Below the pieces are notes generated by a model. It had not been told where the DNA came from. It did no database searches and saw only the letters and a list, made by a program, of their open reading frames with translations. Made by a program: the position numbers and the translations under genes. A DNA stretch of 64,000 bases, taken from the NCBI GenBank assembly GCA_035403465.1, contig DAONFG010000013.1, positions 1,830 to 65,829 on the forward strand. The letters run 5' to 3'. This document shows positions 47,666 through 55,589 of the stretch, one piece after another. The stretch comes from Spirochaetota bacterium (lineage in GTDB: Bacteria; Spirochaetota; UBA4802; UBA5550). Numbering within the stretch: position 1 is the first letter of the stretch; each line of letters starts with the position of its first letter.

Positions 47666-48820
47666 GTGAAAAAACAGGGACCAGAAGTATCAATTCCTGA
47701 ACTTGACCAGATTCTTGAATCATATATAAAAAGCAGCCAGAACCTGAATTATGCCCTGAAAATAACAGGACATCCGGGCGTTGGAAAATCCGCCATTGTA
47801 AAACAGGTTGCAGACAGGCTTAACTACTATTTTATCGATACACGCCTTGCGTTCAAGGAGAATGTAGACCTCGGGGGATACCCTGTACCTGACAGCGAAT
47901 CAGGGCAGATGATATACTACAGGCCCAGGTTTATTCCGCCCGCTGCAGTTCCCGAAGGCTGTAACGGCATAGTATGGTTTCTTGATGAATCGAACAGGGC
48001 GCACCCCACAGTTATCCAGACCCTGTTCCAGATAATTACAGAGGGGAAATGCGGCGAACACAGCCTCCCCGGTAAAACCGCAATCATTCTTGCCGGTAAC
48101 CTTGGAGACATGGACGGAACAACAATCACTGACTTTGACGACTCTGCGCTTGATGGAAGGCTTGCGATCTTTCACCTTAAGCCTTCGGCAGAACACTGGC
48201 TGCCATGGGCCTACAGCCAGGGGATCCACCCCTCGGTGATCCGGTACATCTCGATGTTCCCGGAAAAGCTGTGGGATGAACGCAACATCAATCCCAATCC
48301 GCGCGGCTGGCACCAGGTATCAGGCGCACTTATACACTCGTACAACCTTCCCGCAGAGGAAGCCTTCGCCGAATTCCTCGCTGGTGAAAATACAACCCTC
48401 GTCAAGCTTATAAGTACACTGCTCGGCGAAATAACAGCGCGGGATTTTATCATGCAGATCACTTCCCCCAGGATGATCACTTCACGTGATATCCTTGATG
48501 GATCAGCAGAAAAACTTGAACTGCTTAAAAACCGCGCCATCCCGTCCGAGGACCTGCTCTGGGCCCTGAACGGGACAATCGAAACCATGAGGGAGCTTGT
48601 CATACGCGAAAACGGGAACATTCCGGGCGCCAGTTTCGTGGAACTTGCGAACATGCTGAAATTCATTGCATACTCCCGCGGCGATATACGCATGACATAC
48701 TTCTTCCTGCTGCTGAAGGAATGCGGTATATTCACCAGCATACCTGCAGCAGTTAAACTGGTCGATGACCAGGAGATGCGCATAGAACTGAAACAGAAGT
48801 TCGGGGAACTTCTTAAATAA
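47666..48820 (+). CDS. AAA+ ATPase, MoxR/RavA-like (AAA_5-type) with C-terminal extension
   Basis: GTG start, 7 nt after GGGAG. Walker A is GHPGVGKS, Walker B is IVWFLDESNRA, and a sensor-1-like AIILAGN follows. The C-terminal ~170 aa have no recognisable motif. Confidence 0.8.
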   Translation: MKKQGPEVSIPELDQILESYIKSSQNLNYALKITGHPGVGKSAIVKQVADRLNYYFIDTRLAFKENVDLGGYPVPDSESGQMIYYRPRFIPPAAVPEGCNGIVWFLDESNRAHPTVIQTLFQIITEGKCGEHSLPGKTAIILAGNLGDMDGTTITDFDDSALDGRLAIFHLKPSAEHWLPWAYSQGIHPSVIRYISMFPEKLWDERNINPNPRGWHQVSGALIHSYNLPAEEAFAEFLAGENTTLVKLISTLLGEITARDFIMQITSPRMITSRDILDGSAEKLELLKNRAIPSEDLLWALNGTIETMRELVIRENGNIPGASFVELANMLKFIAYSRGDIRMTYFFLLLKECGIFTSIPAAVKLVDDQEMRIELKQKFGELLK

Positions 48821-48831
48821 AGGTACTCCCG

Positions 48832-50283
48832 ATGCAGAAAGTTGAAGATACAATCAGCGGTCTATGGAGAAAGAGCCGTTTCGCATCGTACTTCTACCAC
48901 GGGATAGACCTTGCCGAATCCGGGGACTTACCCACTCTCGGGCTCATGGTCTACACGTCGCGCCTGACGCTCTTCTTTAACCCGGAATTCACATCGCAGC
49001 TTACAGTGGATGAACTTACCGGCCTGCTGGTCCATGAGATGCTTCATGTTGTCCTGAACCACGAGCACAGGGGTAACCGTGACCAGGACATCTACAAGCG
49101 CAACCTTGCACAGGACATGGTGATAAACTCGTATTTAAAAGAGAACCGGAAAACCTTCTTTTCCCGGAAGAGCAGCTATATCCATGATACACCTGAACTT
49201 ATCCTTCCCGCCGGACTCCCGGTAATCCCCGGAACTTTTTTCAGGGACACGGGAAACTATGACCCGGTCTGGGAGGATGTTTACTCATGGCTCAGGGAAC
49301 AATCACGCGAAGAGATAAGGAAGTTCAGCTTTAATGAAAATGAAGAAGGTTCAGGAAATACCCTGGCGAATGTTGAACCCGGGATACGGCAGATGCAGCA
49401 GACCCTCAACAGCCTTGACCTGTCGTATAACACCGCGCCGGAACAGAACCTGTCATCGTTCAAAAAGAGGGACGCGCTGATATTCGAGAAGCCTGACGGC
49501 GACCCGCTATCCACTGGCGTGCACATAATGAAGAACAGGAACGAAATCGATCCCTCATCAACAAGGCTCAACCACCTGATGCTCATGGCGGAAAAGGATG
49601 AACTCTGCAGGGAGGAGAGGATATTCGGCGAAATACGCGGCCTTATCGAATCCGTAAAAAAAAGGGACATGTCGTGGTCTGAAAAAATCCGCACTATCGT
49701 TGATTCAACGTCACAGTCAGATGAATATGAATACACTTATCATAGGTTCAATAAACGCTATTTTTCACAGGGCATATACTCCCCCGGCAGATCCTTCAAA
49801 TACAGAAACGTGCTCACTGTTGCCGTTGACGTATCGGGATCAATGGTTATGAAACCCGGCGACATTGAGGCTGCCTTTGGAATAATTGAAGACCTGCTCC
49901 CGCGCTTCAGGGTCTGCCTGCTGTGCATTGACGAAACAGTCTTTATACCAGAGAAGCAGGGTGATATGTTTACACGTTCAGCTGACAATGCAAAGCCATA
50001 CGAATATAAAAAGGGTGACTGGCGCTTTATAAAAACCGGCAGCAGCGGAACAACATACTTTGAACCTCTTTTCAACACATTCATGCAGGGCCACAGGGAA
50101 CTGCTCATTGTTATCACTGACGGATTCATCTATGACCTTGACAGGCTCCGGAAATATCACAACACTCTCTGGCTCATAAGCGAACACAGGGATGAACCGT
50201 TCACACCGGCATTCGGCAGGATTGTGAAGATAGAATCAGTAAAACCTGCCGGACTTCACCTGAATCCGGGGAATGCAGTATGA
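48832..50283 (+). CDS. putative metallopeptidase (HExxH) + VWA-like domain protein (DUF2201/COG3864-type)
   Basis: The N-terminal motif is LLVHEMLHVVLNHEHRG. The C-terminal VWA has MIDAS-like LTVAVDVSGSM and LIVITDGF. It starts 11 nt after the AAA gene. Confidence 0.75.
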   Translation: MQKVEDTISGLWRKSRFASYFYHGIDLAESGDLPTLGLMVYTSRLTLFFNPEFTSQLTVDELTGLLVHEMLHVVLNHEHRGNRDQDIYKRNLAQDMVINSYLKENRKTFFSRKSSYIHDTPELILPAGLPVIPGTFFRDTGNYDPVWEDVYSWLREQSREEIRKFSFNENEEGSGNTLANVEPGIRQMQQTLNSLDLSYNTAPEQNLSSFKKRDALIFEKPDGDPLSTGVHIMKNRNEIDPSSTRLNHLMLMAEKDELCREERIFGEIRGLIESVKKRDMSWSEKIRTIVDSTSQSDEYEYTYHRFNKRYFSQGIYSPGRSFKYRNVLTVAVDVSGSMVMKPGDIEAAFGIIEDLLPRFRVCLLCIDETVFIPEKQGDMFTRSADNAKPYEYKKGDWRFIKTGSSGTTYFEPLFNTFMQGHRELLIVITDGFIYDLDRLRKYHNTLWLISEHRDEPFTPAFGRIVKIESVKPAGLHLNPGNAV

Positions 50284-50981
50284 CAGAACCAAAGACAGCA
50301 ATGAATGAACTTTACGCAGCAGGCCTTGAATCCGGCGCAGACCTTGAATTCCTGAGCCGCGCATTGATAGTTTCAGGCGACGCGGAACATATCTTCCTTG
50401 CAGGTAAAAACTGGAAGAGCTTTGACTACAATGCGGGCCTGGAAAAACTTTTTGACTCAGGAAATAATGAACTGGTACACAAGGCCGGAATATTCTGGAC
50501 TTCATTTGATTATGATGCCGGCATGGATTTCCTTGCGCACCGTGGCAACGCAGACTACATATACCGCGCAGGCCGCTTCTGGCCGGGTTACAATCACGAT
50601 TTCGGCCTTGAACTGCTTGGCAGAATGAAGAGCGCTAAGTTTATCTACTACGCAGGCAAGGAATGGAAAAAGTTTAATTTCACAAGGGGATTTGAACTGC
50701 TGATGGAAACGGATTCAGCGGAGTTTACATTCTACGCAGGGGCATACTGGAAGGAATTCGATTTCAGCAGGGGCTTCACGAAGCTGTTTTCGCTTGGTGT
50801 TCCTGAATACATCTACAGGGCCGGGACGCTATGGCGCGTGTTTGATTACGCTGCCGCGTGGCGCATGCTTGAAATTCTTGTTACAAGCGGTGAAGAGTGG
50901 CGGGGAAGGGCATTTGCGAATAACAGGTGGAAACCGGAACTTATAAAAATATGGGACACACTGTGGCTTGAACAGGTTTAA
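50280..50981 (+). CDS. novel tandem-repeat protein (six ~28-aa repeats, consensus IYxAGxxWxxFDYxxGxELL)
   Basis: The ATG overlaps the upstream stop (ATGA). The repeats begin IFLAGKNWKSFDYNAGLEKL, VHKAGIFWTSFDYDAGMDFL, IYRAGRFWPGYNHDFGLELL, IYYAGKEWKKFNFTRGFELL, TFYAGAYWKEFDFSRGFTKL and IYRAGTLWRVFDYAAAWRML. Confidence 0.7.
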   Translation: MTEPKTAMNELYAAGLESGADLEFLSRALIVSGDAEHIFLAGKNWKSFDYNAGLEKLFDSGNNELVHKAGIFWTSFDYDAGMDFLAHRGNADYIYRAGRFWPGYNHDFGLELLGRMKSAKFIYYAGKEWKKFNFTRGFELLMETDSAEFTFYAGAYWKEFDFSRGFTKLFSLGVPEYIYRAGTLWRVFDYAAAWRMLEILVTSGEEWRGRAFANNRWKPELIKIWDTLWLEQV

Positions 50982-51004
50982 GAGACTGCCCTTAATGTAT
51001 ACAA

Positions 51005-51047
51005 TGTCATCACGAGGAGACCGAAGGTCGACGTGGTGATCTGTTTT
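51005..51047 (+). terminator. TGTCAT-flanked hairpin element, copy 3, acting as likely terminator of the AAA-VWA-repeat operon
   Basis: The sequence is tgtcATCACgaggaGACCgaagGGTCgacGTGGTGATctgtttt. It is an interrupted stem with a GAAG loop, followed by a T-run. Confidence 0.55.
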
Positions 51048-51159
51048 GCCCGGTTATAGCGTCATGTGACTTCAACGGTTTAAATAAACATTGTTTATTC
51101 AATACAGATTGCCACGGCGCAATGACGTTTACTTTCAGGACAGCCTCTTTAACTCCATG

Positions 51160-52086
51160 CTACTTGTTCAGTGTGGAATCGAATTTCTTTATTTCCGGCT
51201 TAACGCTCTTTACGTCTGTCTTCTCGAAATTCTGGACAGCATCTTTCTGCTCATCCTTCTTTGCTTCCACGTCTCCCTTTATCTGCTCCTGCTGGCCCTT
51301 GATGTCATCCTTGATTGCCTGGATGTTCGCCTGGTCTTTTGCCTTCTGGTCCTCGACAGCCTGTTTATTCTTTGCTTTCTCATCAACAACAGCCTGCCTG
51401 ATCTCCTCTCTCTGCTCTTCGAATCTGCGTCTTATATCCTCGCGGATAACTTTAATGTCATCCTTGATCTTCTGGATGTTGGCGCGGTTCTGTTCTTTAA
51501 GGTCTGCAACACTTATAGGTTTACCCTTTTCAATATTGGCCTCTTTACCGGCTTCAACCTCTTTGTATGTGCTGTCATCGCTTCCAGATTCTTTAACTAC
51601 AACCACACCATCTATACAGGCTACATTGCTCTTGCCCTCATCCTCTGAAACAAGAAACTCTGTTCCACGGACACCCGCAACAGATGTCGGTGTTGTAACC
51701 TTGAACTTCTCGCCGTCAACCAGCTTGCGAGTAACCTTGGAAAACATTTTACCGTTTTCAACATAGAACTCGGAGTTTTCCCTGTTATTTGCCACATTCC
51801 TTACAAGTTCTGTCATAACAACACTGCTGTTCTCAAGGATCCTTACAACATTAGTGCCGAAATAGATATCAACAACTGCCTTAGGCCCTGTTTTAATAGT
51901 CATACCCTGTTTGACTGCATCGCCGATCTTTGCAGCTGCGGTCTGTCCGCCAGCCACGATTTTTACATCACCAGCCATAAAGTTAATCAGTCCTTCATAA
52001 TTAACAGTAGTAACCTGATCTTTTTTGCAGGAGATAAATCCAAGCACTGCCGCCAGCAGTACAGCAACAACGGTTATTTTTTTCAC
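51160..52086 (-). CDS. FecR-domain lipoprotein with C-terminal K/E/Q-rich coiled coil
   Basis: GTG 52086 lies 4 nt after GGAGGA. It gives VKKITVVAVLLAAVLGFISC, a lipoprotein signal. The FecR-like core is FKVTTPTSVAGVRGTEFLV. The track's longer start (52245) lacks a signal peptide. Confidence 0.7.
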   Translation of the reverse strand: MKKITVVAVLLAAVLGFISCKKDQVTTVNYEGLINFMAGDVKIVAGGQTAAAKIGDAVKQGMTIKTGPKAVVDIYFGTNVVRILENSSVVMTELVRNVANNRENSEFYVENGKMFSKVTRKLVDGEKFKVTTPTSVAGVRGTEFLVSEDEGKSNVACIDGVVVVKESGSDDSTYKEVEAGKEANIEKGKPISVADLKEQNRANIQKIKDDIKVIREDIRRRFEEQREEIRQAVVDEKAKNKQAVEDQKAKDQANIQAIKDDIKGQQEQIKGDVEAKKDEQKDAVQNFEKTDVKSVKPEIKKFDSTLNK

Positions 52087-52379
52087 AACATCCTCCAGAT
52101 TTTGCTTCGTGATTTGATTGGTATCTGCAGCTGTATCCCGTTCTGCATTTATCATTCGAAGTATATGTCCACGGTTTAGTGCTGCATACACTGTTTTTAT
52201 AAATGCATAAATCAGAAACTGCAATGATATACAAATTATTATCAAATATCAGGAAATCAACCCTATTTTCAGCATTTTTTTTAAAACAGGGCGCTTTAAA
52301 CGCTGTAAGCCATAAAAAATTTTCACTTTTTGCTCCTCTGAAGCGTAGTAAATGTAAATACACCCGAAAAGGAGGACTT

Positions 52380-52727
52380 ATGCTGAACTACGCAGCAGCA
52401 ACGATTGAAGGATTTGTTACCCACGATCCCCAGGTTAAAAAAACCAAGACAGGGAAATCCGTGTGTACATTTGCCCTGGCCATCAATCATTATTCAAAGA
52501 ACGATGAAGCGCCCAAGGTTTCGTTCATCGATGTAGAGACATGGGAAAAAATCGCGGAGATCTGCTCAAAAAACATTAAGAAAGGTAAAAGGATTATGGT
52601 CATCGGATCACTTAAGCAGGACAGGTGGGAGGATGACAAGGGCAAGGTGCAATCAAGGCTGAAGATCATAGGGAGTGAGATCAGGTTTCTTGAATCACTT
52701 AAGAGTACAGCAGAGGCGGCGGTTTAA
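52380..52727 (+). CDS. ssb: single-stranded DNA-binding (OB-fold) protein, short form lacking acidic tail
   Basis: AAGGAGGA RBS precedes ATG 52380. MLNYAAATIEGFVTHDPQVKKTKTGKSVCTFALAIN...FIDVETWEKIAE...KGKRIMVIGSLKQDRWEDDKGK matches the SSB OB fold. The protein ends ...STAEAAV without a DDDIPF-type tip. Confidence 0.75.
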   Translation: MLNYAAATIEGFVTHDPQVKKTKTGKSVCTFALAINHYSKNDEAPKVSFIDVETWEKIAEICSKNIKKGKRIMVIGSLKQDRWEDDKGKVQSRLKIIGSEIRFLESLKSTAEAAV

Positions 52728-52752
52728 GCCGCCCTGCTGTTAAGAATTTCTA

Positions 52753-54123
52753 TCAGAACGGCACTTTGTTTGTCCTTGACCAGATACCCATCTCCTGGGC
52801 TGACTTTATCAGGTCCTCCCTGAAGTCAGGGTGTGCGATGCTTATAAGGTTTTCAGCCCTTCCCCATACAGACCTGGCCTTCATGTTTACAGCACCATAC
52901 TCTGTAACAAGATAGTGAACCATTGAACGCGGTACAGTTACAACCGAGCCCGGAGTAAGAAGAGGCTTAATCCTGGACTTAATTTCACCTGTCTTCTTGT
53001 CTTTATAAGTGGACGTGAACGCAAGGAAGCTTTTACCGCCCTTTGAATGGAAAGCGCCTATAACGAAGTCAAGCTGACCGCCCGTACCCGAAATCTGCCT
53101 GAGGCCCGAAGTTTCGGAACAGACCTGCGAGAGGAGGTCAACCTCAACTATATTATTTATTGAAACAACTTTGTCATTCTGTGCAACGAAATCCGGGTTA
53201 TTAGTATGGTTAACCTTGCATGATGCAAGACGCGGGTTATCATGGATAAAATCATAAGTCTCCCTTGTCCCCAGGCAGAAAGAAAAAGAACTCTTGTTGA
53301 TATCAAAGCTCTTCATGGCGTTGGTAATCTTGCCGGCATTGTACAGGGTTACCATTGCATCACAGAACATCTCGCTCTGTACTCCAAGGTCTTTTACATC
53401 TGTATGGACAATCATTTCACCTATAGTGTTGGGAAGTGTACCTATACCAAGCTGCAGACATGATCCGTTTTCAACGTGGGGTACTATAAACTCGGCAATT
53501 TTCTTTTCCGCGGGAGATGCCTCACCCATTTTGGGTGTAGCGTACGGCGGTGTATTAGTCCCTTCGATGATAAAATCCACTTCGCTGATGTGGACATACT
53601 CGTCGTTTCCGCCCAGGCATCTGGGCATGTTCTCATTGACTTCAACAATTACTATGTCCGCCCAGAGTGCGATACCCCTGTTATGTGAATTACCCAGACC
53701 GAAGTTGAAACAGCCGTTCCTGTCCATTGGTGTAGTCTGAGCAACCCATATCGTCGGTTTAATATGATGAAGATCCCTGTGGTGATAGGCCAGGATTGTT
53801 GCCTCATGATAGTTGAAAGGCAGGTGGCATGTCAATCCCTTGTCCCCGGCCATCCTGTCGATAAGTGTATAATACCAGCTGAAGTACTGGAATGATTTCT
53901 GTTCAGGGTCATTCTGGACTACCTGCGGAAATGGCGGAACAGTACCTGTTCCCCTGATTGCCACATTCTGGACCTGGCCTACACGCTTGCCCAGCGCAAC
54001 ATCAAAATCAACCGGTTTTGTAGCAAACATACCGTAATCGATTATGTTATTCGATTGTACCAGATTTGCAGCAGCATCAGCTGTTAACAGCTTTCTTTTA
54101 TATTCAGCTAAATATGTGTTCAT
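52753..54123 (-). CDS. acetyl-CoA hydrolase/transferase family protein (butyryl/4-hydroxybutyrate CoA-transferase-like)
   Basis: 456 aa. The motifs [10 protein letters not shown] and [18 protein letters not shown] are characteristic of this CoA-transferase family. Confidence 0.8.
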   Translation of the reverse strand: MNTYLAEYKRKLLTADAAANLVQSNNIIDYGMFATKPVDFDVALGKRVGQVQNVAIRGTGTVPPFPQVVQNDPEQKSFQYFSWYYTLIDRMAGDKGLTCHLPFNYHEATILAYHHRDLHHIKPTIWVAQTTPMDRNGCFNFGLGNSHNRGIALWADIVIVEVNENMPRCLGGNDEYVHISEVDFIIEGTNTPPYATPKMGEASPAEKKIAEFIVPHVENGSCLQLGIGTLPNTIGEMIVHTDVKDLGVQSEMFCDAMVTLYNAGKITNAMKSFDINKSSFSFCLGTRETYDFIHDNPRLASCKVNHTNNPDFVAQNDKVVSINNIVEVDLLSQVCSETSGLRQISGTGGQLDFVIGAFHSKGGKSFLAFTSTYKDKKTGEIKSRIKPLLTPGSVVTVPRSMVHYLVTEYGAVNMKARSVWGRAENLISIAHPDFREDLIKSAQEMGIWSRTNKVPF

Positions 54124-54288
54124 GGTTCATCCCCCATTTACAATAAATTTTTTATATTTAAAAACATGTAAATTTTACAATTTCTGGAAATTATTAGCAA
54201 GGGCGCATGTTGTTAAATCCGCGTGCACCTATATATAAAAAATTTGTAGTTAAATATACCACAATAAGCATATTTTGTAAGTCGGGGA

Positions 54289-54320
54289 TTTCCGGATACC
54301 CTGATCCCGGTATCCGGAAA
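54289..54320 (-). terminator. hairpin 6 nt downstream of hisS (no U-tract)
   Basis: TTTCCGGATACCctgatcccGGTATCCGGAAA has a perfect 12-bp stem. There is no T-run on either strand, so terminator function is uncertain. Confidence 0.4.
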
Positions 54321-54326
54321 CATCAA

Positions 54327-55574
54327 TTACCTGCGGGAAATTATATAGTCATCAATCCTTGTGAATTCGACCTCCTCCTGGAGGCCGCTCGAAAGATTTT
54401 TTACCGATGCTTTTCCCGATGCAAGTTCATTATCACCGATAATAAGCGCATAAACGGCATGTTCCCTGTCTGCCCTTTTCATCTGGGACTTAAATCCCTT
54501 GACCTCTGGATCTATATCTGCAGAGATTCCTTTGGACCGTAGTATATACACAAGCTCAACGCCTTTGACAAGCGACGCGCCCCCTGAATGCATAATGAAG
54601 CACTCGGGACCTGACTGCGGGACCTGTGTCCCCTCGATCAGCAGGTTGATCCTTTCCATCCCTGCGGCAAATCCCACACCGGGAGTTGGCTTACCTTCAA
54701 ACTGCTCAACCAGGTAATCGTAGCGCCCTCCGCCCGCAAATGCGCTCTGGCTGCCCAGCCGGTCAGAAACAAATTCAAAAGTAGTCTTTGTATAATAGTC
54801 AAGGCCCCTGACCATGTGCGGGTCCTCTTCGTATTTTATACCTTCAAGGTCAAGGTATTCCTTTACCTTCGCGTAGTGCGTACTGCATTCACCGCAGAGA
54901 TAGTCCCTTATGACCGGGGCATTATCCTTGAGTGCAGCGCACGACTGGTTCTTGCAGTCAAGCAGCCGGAGCGGATTCGTTTCGAAACGCCTTTTACAGT
55001 CCGGGCAAAGCTGCTGGAAATTATTTTTATAATATTCTTTAAGTTTAATAATGTATTCCCTGCGGCAGTCTTTGCAGCCTATTGAGTTCAGGTGTATACT
55101 GAACAGTCCCACACCCGCTTCTGTGGCGATCCGGTTCACAACGGATATAATCTCGCTGTCATAGTACGGGTCGGAGCTGCCGAATATTTCTGCCCCGAAC
55201 TGGTTGAACTGCCTGAGCCTCCCCTTCTGCGGTTTCTCGGCCCTGAACATGGGACCGTAATAGAAAAACTTGCAGAGCGAGAGCCGGTTGTACTCCCCGT
55301 TCTCCACGTAGGCACGTACCACGCCCGCTGTACCTTCAGGACGCAGTGTAAGGCTCCTGCCCCCGCGGTCTTCAAACGTGAACATCTCCTTTGATACTAT
55401 ATCCGTATCAGCTCCTATGCCCCTGGAAAAGACCTCTGTGAATTCCATGACCGGGACAATCAGCTCCCTGTAATTAAATCTCCTGAACACGCTTATTGCA
55501 GTATCCTTTACAAAATTCCAGCGGTCGCTCCTGTCAGGAAAAATATCTTCAACACCCGGAGGTTTGGTTATCAT
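54327..55574 (-). CDS. hisS: histidine--tRNA ligase
   Basis: The sequence KPPGVEDIFP...SKEMFTFEDRGGRSLTLRPEGTAGVVRAY...MFRAEKPQKGRLRQFNQFG...GGGRYD carries the class II aaRS motifs of HisRS. Confidence 0.95.
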   Translation of the reverse strand: MITKPPGVEDIFPDRSDRWNFVKDTAISVFRRFNYRELIVPVMEFTEVFSRGIGADTDIVSKEMFTFEDRGGRSLTLRPEGTAGVVRAYVENGEYNRLSLCKFFYYGPMFRAEKPQKGRLRQFNQFGAEIFGSSDPYYDSEIISVVNRIATEAGVGLFSIHLNSIGCKDCRREYIIKLKEYYKNNFQQLCPDCKRRFETNPLRLLDCKNQSCAALKDNAPVIRDYLCGECSTHYAKVKEYLDLEGIKYEEDPHMVRGLDYYTKTTFEFVSDRLGSQSAFAGGGRYDYLVEQFEGKPTPGVGFAAGMERINLLIEGTQVPQSGPECFIMHSGGASLVKGVELVYILRSKGISADIDPEVKGFKSQMKRADREHAVYALIIGDNELASGKASVKNLSSGLQEEVEFTRIDDYIISRR

Positions 55575-55589
55575 CTATATGCTCCTCTG

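Noticed and set aside
48211-48853. Minus-strand ORFs (190 aa and 116 aa) antisense to the AAA+ ATPase gene.
   Set aside because: They have no motifs and a Ser-rich composition. The sense gene carries Walker A/B motifs and a good RBS.
51083-51100. The AT-rich palindrome AATAAACA-t-TGTTTATT, whose arm resembles the ACAD1 operator half-site (TGTTTATTCAATA versus TGTTTATTGAATA).
   Set aside because: It has a single-nucleotide spacer and low-complexity AT sequence, and it lies downstream of two convergent genes. Its similarity to the operator is probably chance.
51091-51766. Two overlapping + strand ORFs (185 and 214 aa) opposite the FecR-lipoprotein gene.
   Set aside because: They are an artefact of the K/E/Q-rich coiled-coil coding sequence, whose antisense gives stop-poor L/F/S-rich frames.
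2390-52245. N-terminally extended starts given by the ORF track: 1009, 2390, 6026, 11532, 12114, 16392, 18068, 25954, 28805, 31550, 33582, 41194, 44652, 52203, 52245, 60082 and 60712.
   Set aside because: I preferred internal ATG/GTG starts for one of three reasons. They are preceded by GGAG-type RBSs, they create proper signal peptides, or they remove overlaps with the preceding gene (for example 18068 lies inside ptsI and 31550 lies inside dprA).
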